The notes under the pieces: model-generated
The model's input: the letters and a program-made list of their open reading frames with translations, nothing else
The model's database searches: none
Told to the model about the DNA's origin: nothing
Program-made: the position numbers and the translations under genes
Part shown: piece after piece, positions 37,921 through 51,430 of the stretch
How the letters are laid out: each line of letters opens with the position of its first letter
Numbering within the stretch: position 1 is the first letter of the stretch
NCBI GenBank assembly: GCA_013265495.1
Contig: MU058065.1
Coordinates: 4,443,003-4,507,002, forward strand
Length of the DNA: 64,000 nucleotides
Direction: 5' to 3'
From: Vicugna vicugna
Lineage: Eukaryota

Positions 37921-39074
37921 CCATTCCTCCTTAACTTGAATATCTTCAGCATAGAAACGTTCTGAGAGATCTGGGAGTTTGCTGAAGCTTAAATTAAAAC
38001 ATGGTCTAGTAAAAGTATTTGCCAACTCCTCTCTAATCAGGTGCTTTAGAACACAGACACCATCTCTAAGACTTCATTTGTGAGTTAAAATGGACAGTAA
38101 AATGAAGGTAGGGGCTACCACAGAGCACTCCACAAAAAGACTTCTTTCCAAATGATGATGAGAACATACAGTAAACCAAGGATAGATGATATTATAAAAA
38201 CCGACATCAAAAGAGCTTCGATCAAAGCTAGAGAGAAAATATTCAGACACAGAAAATAGTAAAGGAGCCACAGGTACCCACTGATCAAAAAGAAAGAGAG
38301 AGAGGAGAAAGAGAGAAACAAATGGAGTCCCAGCGGCCTGGCTGCTAAGGGCACAGAGGAGATGTTCAGAATCTGACAGCAAAGGAGGGGCCCTGGGTAA
38401 AAGCAGGCACTTGAGCACCGTGTCCTTTTTAAGGGAATTTACCAAACAAATAAATAAACAAATGAAAATCCTTAACTATAGAGACAGAAAAATCAGAATG
38501 TCAACGAGCTCGCTGAAGAGTGAGGTAGATTTGATTTTCAGTCACTAGCAGACCTAAAGACTGACAGCTTTTTTTTCCCCCCAGGATGAGGGTAAGGAAT
38601 TAATTAAAAGCTGGCAGGAGGGGAAAAGGGGAGGCTTTTTGTTTTTGTTTTGTACAGCAAGCTAGGACCAGATCCTTTGAAAGTACCAGCTGGGACAGCC
38701 ATTGACTCTGGGAAGAACACGGGATGTGGGGGTGATCTGGCTGAGATGTCTCTCTCTGTCCCTCATTGGTCCCGGGGTTGATCGGACCGACGTGGCTCGT
38801 TGAGCTGCTTCATCGGGCACAGCCTTCCCCTGGCTACTCAAGGAAAGGATCTCTGGAGTGTGTTTTTCAAACAAGTGCTTAGAAGCCTCTTTTGCTAGAA
38901 CGGATAAATACCTGGTCAGGAAAGAGTTTGCAACTCCAAGTTCAGTGAGATTAATATCAAATAATAATAATCAATGATCATTTTAGTAAAAGTTCTTAAA
39001 CTGGGAGCCCATGGACAATGACAATGTGGTTCTCAAGAAGACCGCTCCCCCACCCAAAGTCCTGTGCATAATTT

Positions 39075-39479
39075 TGTGTGTGGGATACAGGCCACCATTA
39101 CAAAATGCTGTAGACTGAGTGACGTCAGTAGCAGAGATGTATCTTCTCAGAGTTCAGGACGCTGGAAATCCAAGATCAAGACGTGGGCAGGACTGGCTTC
39201 CTCCAAGGCCTCTCTCCTTGGTTCACAGCTGTGTTCCCCCTGCTGCCTCTTTATAGGGTCTTGTCTCTCTGTGCCTGTATCCCTTATATCTTCTCATGTG
39301 TCCACATTTCCTCTTCTTAGAAGAATGCCACCAGTCACATTAGATTAGAACCCACCCCGATGGCCTCATTTAACTTTCATTACCTCTTTAAAGACCATCT
39401 CTCCGATTGCTTTCTGGGGTACCAGGGGTTAGCGCTTCAATATACGAACTTTTGGAGGGACACGGTTCAACCCGTAACA
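39075..39479 (-). mobile_element. MLT1B-like MaLR solo LTR
   Basis: 'gctggaaatccaagatcaag...ggggttagcgcttcaatatacgaacttttggagggacacggttcaacccgtaaca'. Confidence 0.85.
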
Positions 39480-39802
39480 AAGAGCTTGTCATTCTCATCT
39501 CAGAAAGATAAATAATCTAGAAGAAGATTAAGGACTGCAGGTTTGGTGTCAAAGCATTGGTTTCTTCTTCTGATATCCTGTTTCTTAAAAGCTTGCACCG
39601 GATTGTATTCTCCCACGTTGCCACGTAGATACAGATAACTAGTGTGTACTGCTCTGCAGTTACTAGAGAAGTGGTATTAGGACAGACAAGGGGTACTGAC
39701 CTCTCTTTCACTAATACCATCTTTCGTACCGTGATTCCACAAGAAAGGCGTCACCGCGCTTTGGCTGGGCCACCACTGATTCCGCAAGTATGTTGTCTAG
39801 GA

Positions 39803-40088
39803 TGGGGGTGACAGACTTGTTCCAGAAAAGGCCAAATATCTTAGGCTTACCAAGCCTTATCGTGTTTGTCCCAAGTACTCAGCTCTGTCCCTGTAGTGTG
39901 AAAATCAGCCATAGATGGTACATAACAAGTGGGTGTGGCTGTGCTCTAGTAAATATTTGCGGAGAGTGATACTTGAAGTTCATGTAATTTTCACATATCG
40001 TTCTGATTTTTTTTTTTGACCATTTGAAAATGTGAAAGTCATTCTTATCTCCTGGGCTGAGTCAGTAGGCCATAGTTTACTGGCCCCA
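39803..40088. mobile_element. MER58B-like hAT-Charlie element
   Basis: 'tactcagctctgtccctgtagtgtgaaaatcagccataga...gggtgtggctgtg...ggccatagtttactggcccc'. Confidence 0.8.
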
Positions 40089-42002
40089 GTCTATGAAAAG
40101 AGTCATTTCCAAGAAACGATGTGTGTGATTTGAGAGCTATTTCTGTTGATGGGGAAGAGAAGTTCCACATATTGTCTCCTCTGTATTTTCACGTCCAATA
40201 TCAAAGAGTCAGGCAGAATGTATCTTGCCGACTATGTGCAGATAGTTCTCCCTAACATTTGTACATTTCTCCCTAACATTAGTATGGTCTCATTTTCTCA
40301 TTCATTAAACAGGAATTTAACAAGATCACCTGTTTTGGGCATCTGTATGCCAAATACAGATCTAGACACTGTAGACATTAGGGCTAAGGGAGTGGGGGAA
40401 AGAAAAAAAGAAAAACTTCCTGCCCCCATGGAGCTTATATTTCTTATTTTAATTGTAGTTTTTAGAGGAGAAAATAAACAAAAACCTGCTGAGCTCCCAC
40501 CGGGTCCCAGATGCTACAAGAGCAGAGAACACTTCATCCTGTCATTGCTGAAACGGGCTCCTGCGCTTGCCACATCAGATGCCGGCTGCGCGCTGCCCAG
40601 GTCTCTGACTCTGAGTGCAGCACCCTGGTGCTGTTCTCTGGGGAGCGCTGGGGAAGTGGGAGCTCCTTCTTATGAACAGGGAAATTTATCCTAAGTCCAC
40701 TGCTTCTAAGCAGCAGGACAAGGTGCAGGGCTAATTGCCTCCAAAGTTCATGTCTCTTTCCTTAAACAATTTTGGCTGCCAAATTAATGTTTGCCCAATA
40801 TTAAAAAAAAAATCTTCTGTACACTGTTCTTTGAGAATATAAAAAAGGTTCAGGTTCAAATGCAAGTTTAGTTACCCAGGGCTCTTTCCATTGGGGATTT
40901 TCATGTATCATTACTTTGAACATTAATTGAGGGATTTAATTAGATTTAATCCAACTCTTTTTTTTTCCCTTCTATTGTTGTAATGTCTCCACTGAACCTT
41001 ATTTCTCAGGTAAGTTTCATGCCACATGTCTCTCAAGTTTTCTCCTCTCATAACTTACTTTTCTGCAGTCTGCAGTATAAATTTTGATAGTTTGTATTTG
41101 CCTTTTATGACCATATTTAATGTCGTGAGCCAGTATATGAAAATAAAACTCTTACATCAGATTTCTATTTAACAGACAAGCAAAAATGCCTTCCAGTTGG
41201 GGAAACGTGGGTTTTGCTGAGAAAAGGAGAAATCTGACTCTAAACTTAGATCAGATTAGGAAGCAAAATGAGGAAGAGTGAGACAAGACATCTTGAGGTT
41301 TAAATCTGTCTAGAGTTATGAAGCTGTCCAAGTCACCTCTCATGCTCAAATCCTTCTTCCCTAATTAGCCAAGTGACGTTTCCTTCAACCTTTTAACATG
41401 ATATGGGTTTTCTACTTTTGTGAGCCAAACAAATATATGCAGACAAAGAAACCTCAGTAAGGACCAGATAGTGACCTGGCTTGATATAGACTCGGTATCT
41501 ATTATGTGGGGTGGGAAGTATGTGAATTGAATTTTCAAAAAAAAAAAAGTTGTGGAAAAATTAAAGTATCTCCAGGGTTATTGTGAAAATGGAATAAACA
41601 AAACCATATGTGCCTGGGTCAGCACCTGGCCCAGAGCAGGTGTATCTGGTACATGATGGTGAGTAGTGTTATTCTTACCAATAACTGTCACGTTAAGAAA
41701 GCTCTGGAGGGATAGCCGGATGCCAAATGTGGTCATTCAGAAAGAGAACGGCAGCTGTCAAATGTGTCCACACATGTACCAAGCTGACCACTGGCTTCTC
41801 TCCAGCGAAGCAAATCCCGTGGGTCACCAGGGCTACAGGAGATGGCTTGGTAAGCTGGGCCTTTGGGGTGTGAGGACCAAACTGCTTCATACATATGTTC
41901 CCATGGTCAGGTCAAGCCCTCTGGACAAACTGGATCTCCATCTGAGCTGATCTTACTTCACTGAGCTCCACCCATGTTTTTCCTTTTTTTCTTTAGTACC
42001 CT

Positions 42003-42469
42003 TGTGGTAAGTTGAATAATGGTCCCCACAAAGATGACCATGTCCTAATCCCCAGAACCTGTGAATACCTTACTTAATGTGACAGCGGGGATGTTGCAGA
42101 TTTGATTAAGTTAAGGCTTTTGATATGGAGAGATTTTCCTGGATCATCCAAGTGGGTGTGGTATATTCACATTGGAGGAAGCAGGAAAGTCAGAGTCAGG
42201 AAAGGCAACATGAGAGCAGAAGCAGAGGGAGGAAACGAGACATGAAGGTCCTAACAGGGTGGAGTGATTCTGTTGCTAGATGGGGACCACATGCCAAGGA
42301 ACGTGAGTAGACTTTAGAAGCTCAAAAAGACAAGGAAATGGATTTTTGCCCAGAGCCTCCAGACGGAACACATCCTTGCTGATTCATTTGAGACCTCAGA
42401 CTCCCCAGCTGTAAGGTAAAACATTTTACTTGGAGTAACTTGTTACAGCAACAATAGGGTACCAATACA
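42003..42469 (+). mobile_element. MLT1D-like MaLR solo LTR
   Basis: Starts TGTGGTAAGTTGAATAATGGTCCCCACAAAGATG...TCCTAATCCCCAGAACCTGTGAATA; ends 'ttgttacagcaacaataggg...aataca'. Confidence 0.9.
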
Positions 42470-43360
42470 CTCAACTGCAAATCCCCTTTCTCACTGATAC
42501 TTTTTTTCACTTGATACGATAAAACTTATAATCAACGTAGAAAAAAAGGTTGCATGCCTAAATCTTATTTCATCTCTTTAAAATGATTTTTCACATCTCC
42601 GTATGATACAATTGGGTGATTTTATAGCTAACTCTCAAAATATTATCTGATATTCATTAAATTCCAATTCTTTTGTGATAAATTCAAAGTCTCCTTATAA
42701 ACCACTTCTTAGCCCAAATATCTACTGGTCTGATAGGCTGATCTTCCTAGTCGTAGACTTCAGGCCCACCCCAAAAGCAGAGTCCACGCGTGCTATTTCG
42801 CAGAGCACTTAAAGGAATGCCTCGGATAAATTCACAAGGTGTCCTATTGGCAGAAGTTGTCACAAACTTGGCGTTGGTGATTTCTCCAGCTCAGACTCCC
42901 ACACATCCATCTGTCTCCTGTCCATGCTACATAGGAGGCTCTCTCCACTGCCATGGCCCATGGAAACTCCAATGGCCCTGGATGCCCGCAAAGCTTCCCA
43001 GACTCCAGGTACTCGGATATCATAGGGCATATGCAGGGTTGGAAGAGGTTTATGCTCCTCTTCGCTTGGAGAAGCCCACCTATGTCATGCTTTGAAAACC
43101 TCTCTCAACTGTGGCCTCTAGTTCTCGCTCCCTGCAGCCAGAGACAATGACTCAGCCGGACTCACTAAGGGCCAGAGTCTGAAACTCTCTTCTCCCTTCT
43201 TTAGTCTTCATCACCAAAACCCCCTCTCTCCTTTCTGAGTTTCAGAACAAGAGCTCAAGCATATGAATGGCTTAAGGGATACATTTTTATGAATAGAAAG
43301 AATTATTTTTCTAGGACTGGATGCAGGGAGAGGAAAAACGTACCCTACGTGAATAGTTAC

Positions 43361-43517
43361 CTGTTATCGACAGCGTCATTATTTTATTCGAGGACTCTGG
43401 CTGATAGTGTATGCTGTTGGAGCTTTGCCTTGCTCTGGTAAACCTGTTAATACGTGATGCTGCCGCATTACTGAGGAGGACCTCTGTTCGATAATTCGCA
43501 GCCCATTTGGAGGTCAT
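43361..43517 (-). other. Candidate 157-nt exon of an unidentified transcript
   Basis: Minus strand: gactttttcag|ATGACC...ATAACAG|gtaact; unique, relatively CpG-retaining sequence; one open frame but no recognisable protein. Confidence 0.3.
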
Positions 43518-45455
43518 CTGAAAAAGTCTTCAAATTAAGACATGCCTCTGAGTAAGCATTCCATTTCTGGTTTTAGTGTAGAAGAAGCCTCCAGTCACGT
43601 TACTAGTCATGGTCCCCGTCCAGGTTGGTATCATGTATTTAGCTGCTCCAACTGTTCTAAAGAAAAGTCAGCCTGCTTTTGCACCTATATTTTAATATAT
43701 CCTCAGTATGACATCAAGTGCCTAGGAACTGGGAATCTGGCCCTCAGACTCTGCACTTCTCATAGGGACTACGGTTAAGATGCAGAATGGCGTTGAACTT
43801 GAAGGCAGCAGTGAGCTGGGACCACCACTTATCTTAGTTCAATGACTGAGCAGTTTTGATAAGGTGACATAGAGATCTGACCCAGGGGGGCCAAATAGAA
43901 CTTTTACTGCAGTTAGAGTCAGCGGACCGTTTTGTTTGTAGGGTAGCCTAGACTGAGACCAGAGAGTCGTCGGGGGAAAAGATGAGTATTTTTTCTTAAA
44001 ACAAAACAAACAAAAGAAGCTTTTTAATTTCCTCTTTCTTCTTACCCTATGATTGGAAAAAGAATGACAATAAGAAAAACCAGCAGGTGCAAAGAGATTA
44101 AAAACCCAACCAAACAAAAAAACTTCTGAATGTGTTTCTAGAACTGTGACAAATCCATGAAAACAGAGCTTGTCCTTAGAGATTCAGTTTTATGCTTTTC
44201 TTACCTGCTATAAAATTGTCATTACTTTGTCTTATATAAACATATACGTATATATACGAAGAATTATTTTAAAAACACAGATGGAGTAGCAGGGAGGGGA
44301 AAATCTGAAGATATTTCAAATTTGTTGAATGTGTTGCATGGACATCTTTAGATACTTTAAAAAGATTTAACATATTCTATAAAAAGATATTTATAAACTA
44401 TTACAAGCCTATACATCTTTCTGCTCTTAAAAGAGTGGAGTCCATCAGTTAAAGTTGGATAGAATAGTGACTACTATTATTTTGGAGGAATGTATTTATT
44501 TAAAATATGAAATACAAAGAAATAAAGGACAAATCTATGTGTGCAGCTCACATGAACGATACGTCTCATTGCGTGGCTTTGTTAGAATATAACACATGCT
44601 AGTCGGGGTTCATCCATGTTACTCACCACTCTGTCCCAGTGCCCACGGTATGCAAGTCAGAGGATCTGCCCAGTAAATATTGGCTTCAATTAATAAATGC
44701 ATATATGGACTTGTAGATGTCAGGGACTGAGAATTACTGAGTTCTCCACCTACATTGTCATACTGCCATATGAATAAAGCATTGTATTTAATTTGATCTT
44801 ACAGCTAAAGACATCATGTTGTTTTCTGAACAATATACAAGATTTTACATATATATGTATATAAATAAACACACACACACACACATATATATATACACTA
44901 AATCTTTTTAAAGTATCTATGTGTGTATGTGTTATTTCAGTGTTTCTATTTACTAATCTGTTGGCAGAAAGGAATGCTGTCATCAAATTAATAGAAATTT
45001 ACAGACAATAAATTAAACCTTCCATTGTTAGCAAATGCTTTGAATTTTCTTTTCTTTTCTTTTCTTTCTTTCTTTTTTTTTTTTTTGGAGAATTCATGCC
45101 TTTTGTTCTTTTTGCTCTGGATGTGATAACATTTTCTGTAACTTTGAATCAATGCATGAAACCATATCTCTGTTATCACCATGCTAGGCGTATTCCCATA
45201 ACGCACATCTTATCAGCAAACTGAAAATCATCCTCTTGCAGCATTTTAAATACTTGCATTTTATTTCACGGAAATCTTTTCTCTGCTGAGATATGTAGTA
45301 AAATAGAAAAGTTTTGATTTTCTGAAGAAATCTTGTTCAATATGATGACTCAATTCTTAGAGAATTACTAAACTTTCTTAGGACCACAGACCACAAGCAT
45401 GTCTCTTTCCCTAGGAAATAAATAACACACAAACTTTTAAGACTTTTAAGACATT

Positions 45456-45549
45456 TTTGTTTGTTTGTTTTTGTAATGGAGGTACTGGAGATAAAACCCA
45501 GGACCTAGTGCATGCTAAGCACATGCTCTACCACTGAGCTATATCCCCC
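45456..45549 (-). mobile_element. tRNA-Ala-derived SINE (camelid Vic-1-like)
   Basis: Minus strand GGGGGATATAGCTCAGTGGTAGAGCATGTGCTTAGCATGCACTAGGTCCTGGGTTTTATCTCCAGTACCTCCA plus A-rich tail; exact 9-bp TSD taagacatt at 45447-45455 and 45550-45558. Confidence 0.9.
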
Positions 45550-47673
45550 TAAGACATTCATCTTTAATCTTATCATTTCACTCTTTAATTTCCCCTATCT
45601 GAAAAGACTGAAGACTAAAGACTTCCTGCGATAGTTTAAAAAACTGACCACAGTAGATGCCAAGATTCAGACATGATTTGATTACAGCATTTTATAAAGT
45701 GAGCAGAGGGGCCCCCCACTATCTAGGGAATGGTGATTAGAGTTCATTTTCTGTCTTGAAATCTTCCACGTGAAAATACAGTCACCAAGAGTTCGAAGGA
45801 GTTCACTCACGAATATTATCCTCGAGGAAACAAGAGCTTGTTGTTTTCCTCTTTAAAAACGTCCAGTGGCTTCCCCCTCACACTTGCAAAAGAATCCAGC
45901 TCCTTGCCACGAACCACAAGCCCCTAACCAGACCCGGAGAGTCTCCCGAGCATTTCCGCCATGCGTATTTGTCTTTTTAACGTTCACGGTTCTCTTCCCC
46001 AGACGTTCTTTGTCTGCAGGTCTCCTCAGGAACCAGCGAAAACTTGGTCCCTCACAGACCCTGCCTCATCACACATCTCAAGGAACGCAACCCCTCCCAC
46101 CAGAATACAACTCCATGAGAAGTGGGGATTTTCCATCTCAACTACTGTTACATCCTCAGCAGTGGGTACAAGTTCTCTGTTGAATAACTTATTATACACT
46201 TTTGCTTCTTGCTTATACCTTAATTTTATAAATGAACCTAAGTGACCGATTCAAGGTTAGTCAGCAGCTGGCGGAAGGACTTTGTCACCTAAGTGCCTCG
46301 TCTGCTATTAGAATCTTTTCATTTTAATCTTTACCTTTTGTTCTGTGTTCAGCTTTTTGTTGTCTCCTTCTCTAAATAGTGCGCCTACTAAAAATATCTG
46401 GAGGAGACTTCTTCAGACAGTATGAGTCCTATTCACAGGCTTTTCCTCCGATAAGGTAAAAATGAGGACACGGAGGACTATATAAATCCTGGGACCATTT
46501 GTGTCAAAAATGCAGACATTGTAATAAGTACTTTGTATTTGTCTGTAAATGCATAAAGGAATCCTGGAAGAATATGCAAGACATGAATAATAGTGGGTAC
46601 AGACTGTGGATAATGGATTATGAAAAGGATGAAAATGAAATGTTTCACTTTAAAACTCTTAAAACACATTGTTAATTTTAAAATTATGCAGAGGTAATCT
46701 TTATGCAATAAATAAATAACACTTAAAATTCTTCAAACAAAAAATAAAAACAATGCATTTACATATGAAAGTTCATGTGTGGTCATTTTTTATGTTCAAA
46801 AGCAGACTGAAAAGGTAGCCAGAGCCACATGTGATTACTAAGTCATATAGTCGAAGTAGACTTACAAGTCTTTTGTAGTCAAGTTTGAACTTCTGAACAA
46901 TATTCAGAATATTTTAGGACTTTTAAATGCTAGTCAGTAATTTTTCTGCCATGCTAGAGAAGGAAACACAATTACAAAAATGATGAAAAAACTTACAAAC
47001 AAACTTAAATCCTTTTACTGATTAAAATTGGTTCATTGTTTTAGCTAATGGTTCTCATGCAGTATTTCAGTGAATGCTACATTCATAATAATTACGAAGC
47101 CCCTCATATTGATTTGCAGCAAGTAAAGGAATACAGTTTTGGAAAGAAGACCCTATTGAGGTGGAGAACATTGACACTGAAGGAAATATGATTTCTAGGA
47201 GGATTTTATAACATGGCAGACTAACTTCATCAAGTTCATCAAACATAATCAAGGTTTTAAGAGTTGATTGACAGTTATAAATTAGTGTAAGCAGGTAAAA
47301 ATATGAGAGGCACAACTATGCATTTGGTTAAAGATGAATGAACTGATTTTTCTTGGATTATAGGCCCATGAACCCACAGCTTTCGTGATGAATAAAAGAA
47401 TCCTCTATGTAAGCCTTAAGACATTTCTCTGTATTTTTTCCTTGACTCTATTTTTTTTTTCAGGTTAGCTGACTTAATTAAATATTCTTTAAAACACTGA
47501 ATGTTAAGAAATGTACAAAATCTAAAATCCTGAAGTCTCCCAATTTAGGGCTGATTAAAATCAATGAGTTTGGAGTTTTCTGTTAAATCAAAAGCTTCTA
47601 GGTTTCAGCAGCTCTTTATTTTCGGAGAAACAGCTTTTTCTTTGTGTAACAAAAAGGCTTAGGAAAGCTTCTT

Positions 47674-47712
47674 AAAAAAAAAAAAGAGAGAGAGAGAGAG
47701 AGAAAGAGAGAG
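47674..47712. repeat. Poly-A plus (GA)n microsatellite
   Basis: Direct reading. Confidence 0.9.
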
Positions 47713-48529
47713 ACGTATAGGCTGCCGAGTCTTAAAATAGTCTGTAAGAACAGGCCCAGAAGTAGCAAATGCGTCTGGTCCAGAACTAGAATGGAGCCTT
47801 CCCAAGTCTAGCACGAGCTCCTTCTTGGGGTCACGTTCGCCAGTTCAGTACTGCTGCTGTATTGTGTGCGCCCTTCCTGGAACTCATCTAAGCAGAGGCC
47901 ATTTCTTCTGTTTGTTTTCCATTTATTTCACCTCTTAAACAACCTGCATCTTTGTGGTGCAAACATTAGGTCCACAAAATATATCATTGATGAATAAAAG
48001 TATAGAAACTGACTTAATACAAAAATGTATTTCCCATGACAACGGTGTTTCTCTTTTTGCAAGAAGCTTGATATTTACCAAGGGCCCTCCATATGCAGGC
48101 ATTGTACTCTGTCCTGGAAGTTCATAGATAAGAGATTTCAGCCCTGCTCTCAAGTAATTCATCACATGTAACCAAGGAAGAAAATGCATATTTTTAAAAT
48201 ACTCATTGGATGTGAAATTTGTTAAGTAACTCTGTTACATAATTAAGACTTGATAATGGAAATGTGGGAATGAATATAAAAATCCTTTATCTCACTTTTA
48301 GCTCAAGTAATGCTGAGTGCAGGAGGTACTGAGGCCCATGAAATGTGAGAGAGTAAAACAAATACTGATGGAAAACTCTCGTAATTGGTCTGGAAATGTT
48401 TTAAGAATAAGGAATTCCAAGATAAAGACAATTCAAGGATTACATGTACATTACCTACTCCAGCATTGGTTGGTTTTATAATTCTTTGATTTCTATTGGG
48501 AGTAATTGATGGGGAAATGTTGCTGCTTT

Positions 48530-49290
48530 GCTGCGCATGGATAGAGTAGGGTAACTTCTATAACAAATTGACTCCCCAGTGTATAATGACTCAATACAAT
48601 ATATTATTGCTTGTTCTTTTAACAGGGCAGATGAATGGGTTGGTGAAGTGGCTTAACTCCATCAAATCATCCAGAGATCAGAGAGGTGTAGCTATGCTCT
48701 GCATGTAGCTTCTAAGGTCACCCTGAGGCTGAGTCCATTCTGGGAGCAGGAAGGAGAGAAAGATGGAAGGTGTTTGGTTAGTGGGCGGTTGCAATGGGCC
48801 ATAGCTGAATGGTACTCCACCATACCTCAAAGATACTGCTGGTCCTAGGCCCCTGCAATAAAGCGAATTTCACAATAAGGCAAGTCTCACAAACTTTTTA
48901 GTTTCCCAGTATATATATATATATAGTGTAAAAAGCAATTTTTGCACTGTACTATAGTTTATTAAGTGGACAACAGCATGATGTTTTTAAAAAGTACACA
49001 CCTTAATTAAAAATACTTTATTTCTAAAAGACACTAATCATCCTCTGACAATGCAGGGTATCCACTTCAATTTGCAAAAAAAAAAAAAAAAAGCCATACC
49101 TTCAAAGCATAATAAAATGAAGCACAATAAAATGAGGTGTGCCAATGCTTCATTTCTGCTCAATTTTCCATTGGTTAGAGTTCACTACATCTAATTGCAA
49201 AGGAGACTGGGAAATGTTGCTTAGTGGTGTGCCCTGAATAATAAGAGAATATAGATTTGGGGCAGTATCCGTAAGTCTCTGCCATGAACA
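48530..49290 (-). mobile_element. MLT1J/K-like LTR interrupted by a Tigger1 derivative
   Basis: 'ctataacaaattgactccccagtgtataatgactcaatacaat' on the left; 'ttccattggttagag...taattgcaaaggagactgggaaatgt...tctctgcca' on the right. Confidence 0.7.
48817..49145 (-). mobile_element. Tigger1-derived MITE (TcMar-Tigger)
   Basis: Decayed inverted ends 'catacctc' (48821-48828) and 'gaggtgtg' (49134-49141); internal 'gcaataaagcgaat...tttcccagt...ccttaattaaaaatactttatt'. Confidence 0.85.
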
Positions 49291-50829
49291 GCGGGATTGG
49301 GAAGAAGGTTTGCCCCTGTTAGCTGGTATAATGACCTGCCATATCCATTCAGTTTACACAAGTTGTCTTCACACATCAAACAACTCAGTAAAATAAGTGA
49401 CTATGATGGATGGCCCCAGGTTTACATATTAATTGAAGATCTCATTTTAATTTAATGGTAGATTAGTTTGCTTTTTTTTTTTTTCCCTCTCCCTCCCTCA
49501 TAAGTGCCATCTGCTAGGAAATTTGACTTTCCAATGGAGGTCTTTGCTAACAGGAAAAAAAGTTGTATTCTTTTCTCTTTGTTTGTTTTTTGTTTTAACT
49601 CTGAAAGCCAATCCATCTCTAAAACCTTTCTGGCAATGATTGTGAGCAGAAGTGACACAATTTGAAATCACTCTCATTCATAAAATTGAGTGCACATTAT
49701 TGTCACTTCTTTGTAGATGAGATGAATCTGAAATGGGTGACAAGGGGCAGACACGTGGCATTCATATCTGCATGCATCCATTCACCCAATCATCTAGAAA
49801 TAAATATTGAGTTCCTACTACGTGCCAGGCTAATGCACTAGGCATGTTTTAAGCAATGGGCATTGACTATGTGTCAGACTCCAGGCTGGGTGGCATTCAT
49901 CTGTTTCCTCTTTTAATCCTCCCCAAATCCTTCTGAAGCAGAAGTTAAAGCCTCTGAAAAATCAAAAGGCCAATTAGATTAAGTCACTTATCCAAAGTCA
50001 CCTGTTAGACAATGTCAGTGGTAGAACAAAGGTTAGAAACCAAATCTGCCTTACTGGAAAATTGTGCTCTGTCCAATACGCCATCTTAAGGTAATTGTAT
50101 ATTTTCCTGATCATCCACAGGACTGTGAGACCTTGATCTATATTTGCATATGAAATGAAATCATGGGGCCGGAGAGGTTAAGGGCTCTCAGGTGCCACCG
50201 GTTTCCCGTGTGGGGAACCCCCACTGGGACTGCAGCAGTTTGAATACGAGCCACGGCTTTGGAATATTAAGCCCAGATGTTTCTAACCCGCTCCCACCCG
50301 TGTGGGAAAAGGTTCTGAGAGAAAAAATTGAGACTACGGAGAAAAATAATCCGTTGTTTTCTAAGAAAGTTGTACCACTGGAATGCTTCCCTCAGAAACT
50401 GTTTCTGCCAGCCCCAAACCATGAAGGCAAAATAACGAACCTCTTGCATTACGCCAAGAACATTCTGAGAGCTCTGGGGATCTGTGGACACTGCAGTATT
50501 GTGGCGGCCACGTGTAGGGCCATTTCTTGGCCGGAGCCCAGGTTCACTCAGTACAGGGTAGAGGTTCTGGTCATGGGGCACTGATGGGTCCTTCACAGCC
50601 TGCCACCCTGGCCAGATGCAATTATGTAACCCTGGGATTACAGGACCAAGATCAATCTCATAATACAATTTTGATTACCATCAATAAATGTATAACCTAC
50701 TGGTCAAAAAACCTGGGTCCAACTTTGATGGGCATAAAAATTGCTTTAATAAAAAAGACATGATATTCATTTATAAGCCTTCTTTTATTATGTTTATCAT
50801 TTATAGGAAGTCTTAAATGTTGACTCACT

Positions 50830-51430
50830 TAACACAAGTTAATTGATCACCTACGACATACCTAAGCTAGGGGTAAAGTGATGAGCATTCTGACAAGACC
50901 CATGCGCTGATCACACCTTCTTGTAGGGGAGGCAAACAAGTATATAAATACAAGTTAAATAACATTTTAAGTAATAATGAGAGGTAAATTATTCAGAAGA
51001 CAATTTACCCCAAAAGATTCAGATTAAGGACAAGAACTAGTTGGGTAGGAAGGAGACGGCCTTTTAAAACATATCAGGGAGAGTGACAGGGGTGACATTT
51101 GAGCAGGAACGAGAGTGATTGGGGGAGAATGTGGGAAAAATGTGTTCAAGGGACAGGAAACTGCACTTCAGGTGCTGAGTCAGAGAGGGGGAGATTGGCC
51201 GCACAGACCATGGTGAGGACTTTGAATTTCATTCTAAATTTTAAGGGAAGCTACTGGATTTTTTTAAAGGAATTATTAAAATCTGATTTACAACTGTAAG
51301 TGATTACTATTGCTGCTAATTGGTAAGTAATCCACACTAGAAGGAGAACAGAAGTAGCCCATTTAGAAAGTCCTTGAATTTTTCCATCTAAGACACAAGG
51401 TTGACTTATCTCAGAATGACAGCGACAAAT
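50830..51430 (-). mobile_element. Decayed L2 LINE
   Basis: 'ggtgacatttgagcag...tgtgttcaagggacaggaaac...gaccatggtgaggactttgaatttcattctaa...gggaagctactgga'. Confidence 0.75.

Noticed and set aside
40146..40694. 182-aa ORF (+)
   Set aside because: Overlaps an antisense L2-like fragment (about 40290-40480); no domain or exon structure.
45456..45549. Possible tRNA-Ala(AGC) gene
   Set aside because: A-rich tail, TSD, mutated B box and imperfect stems indicate a SINE.
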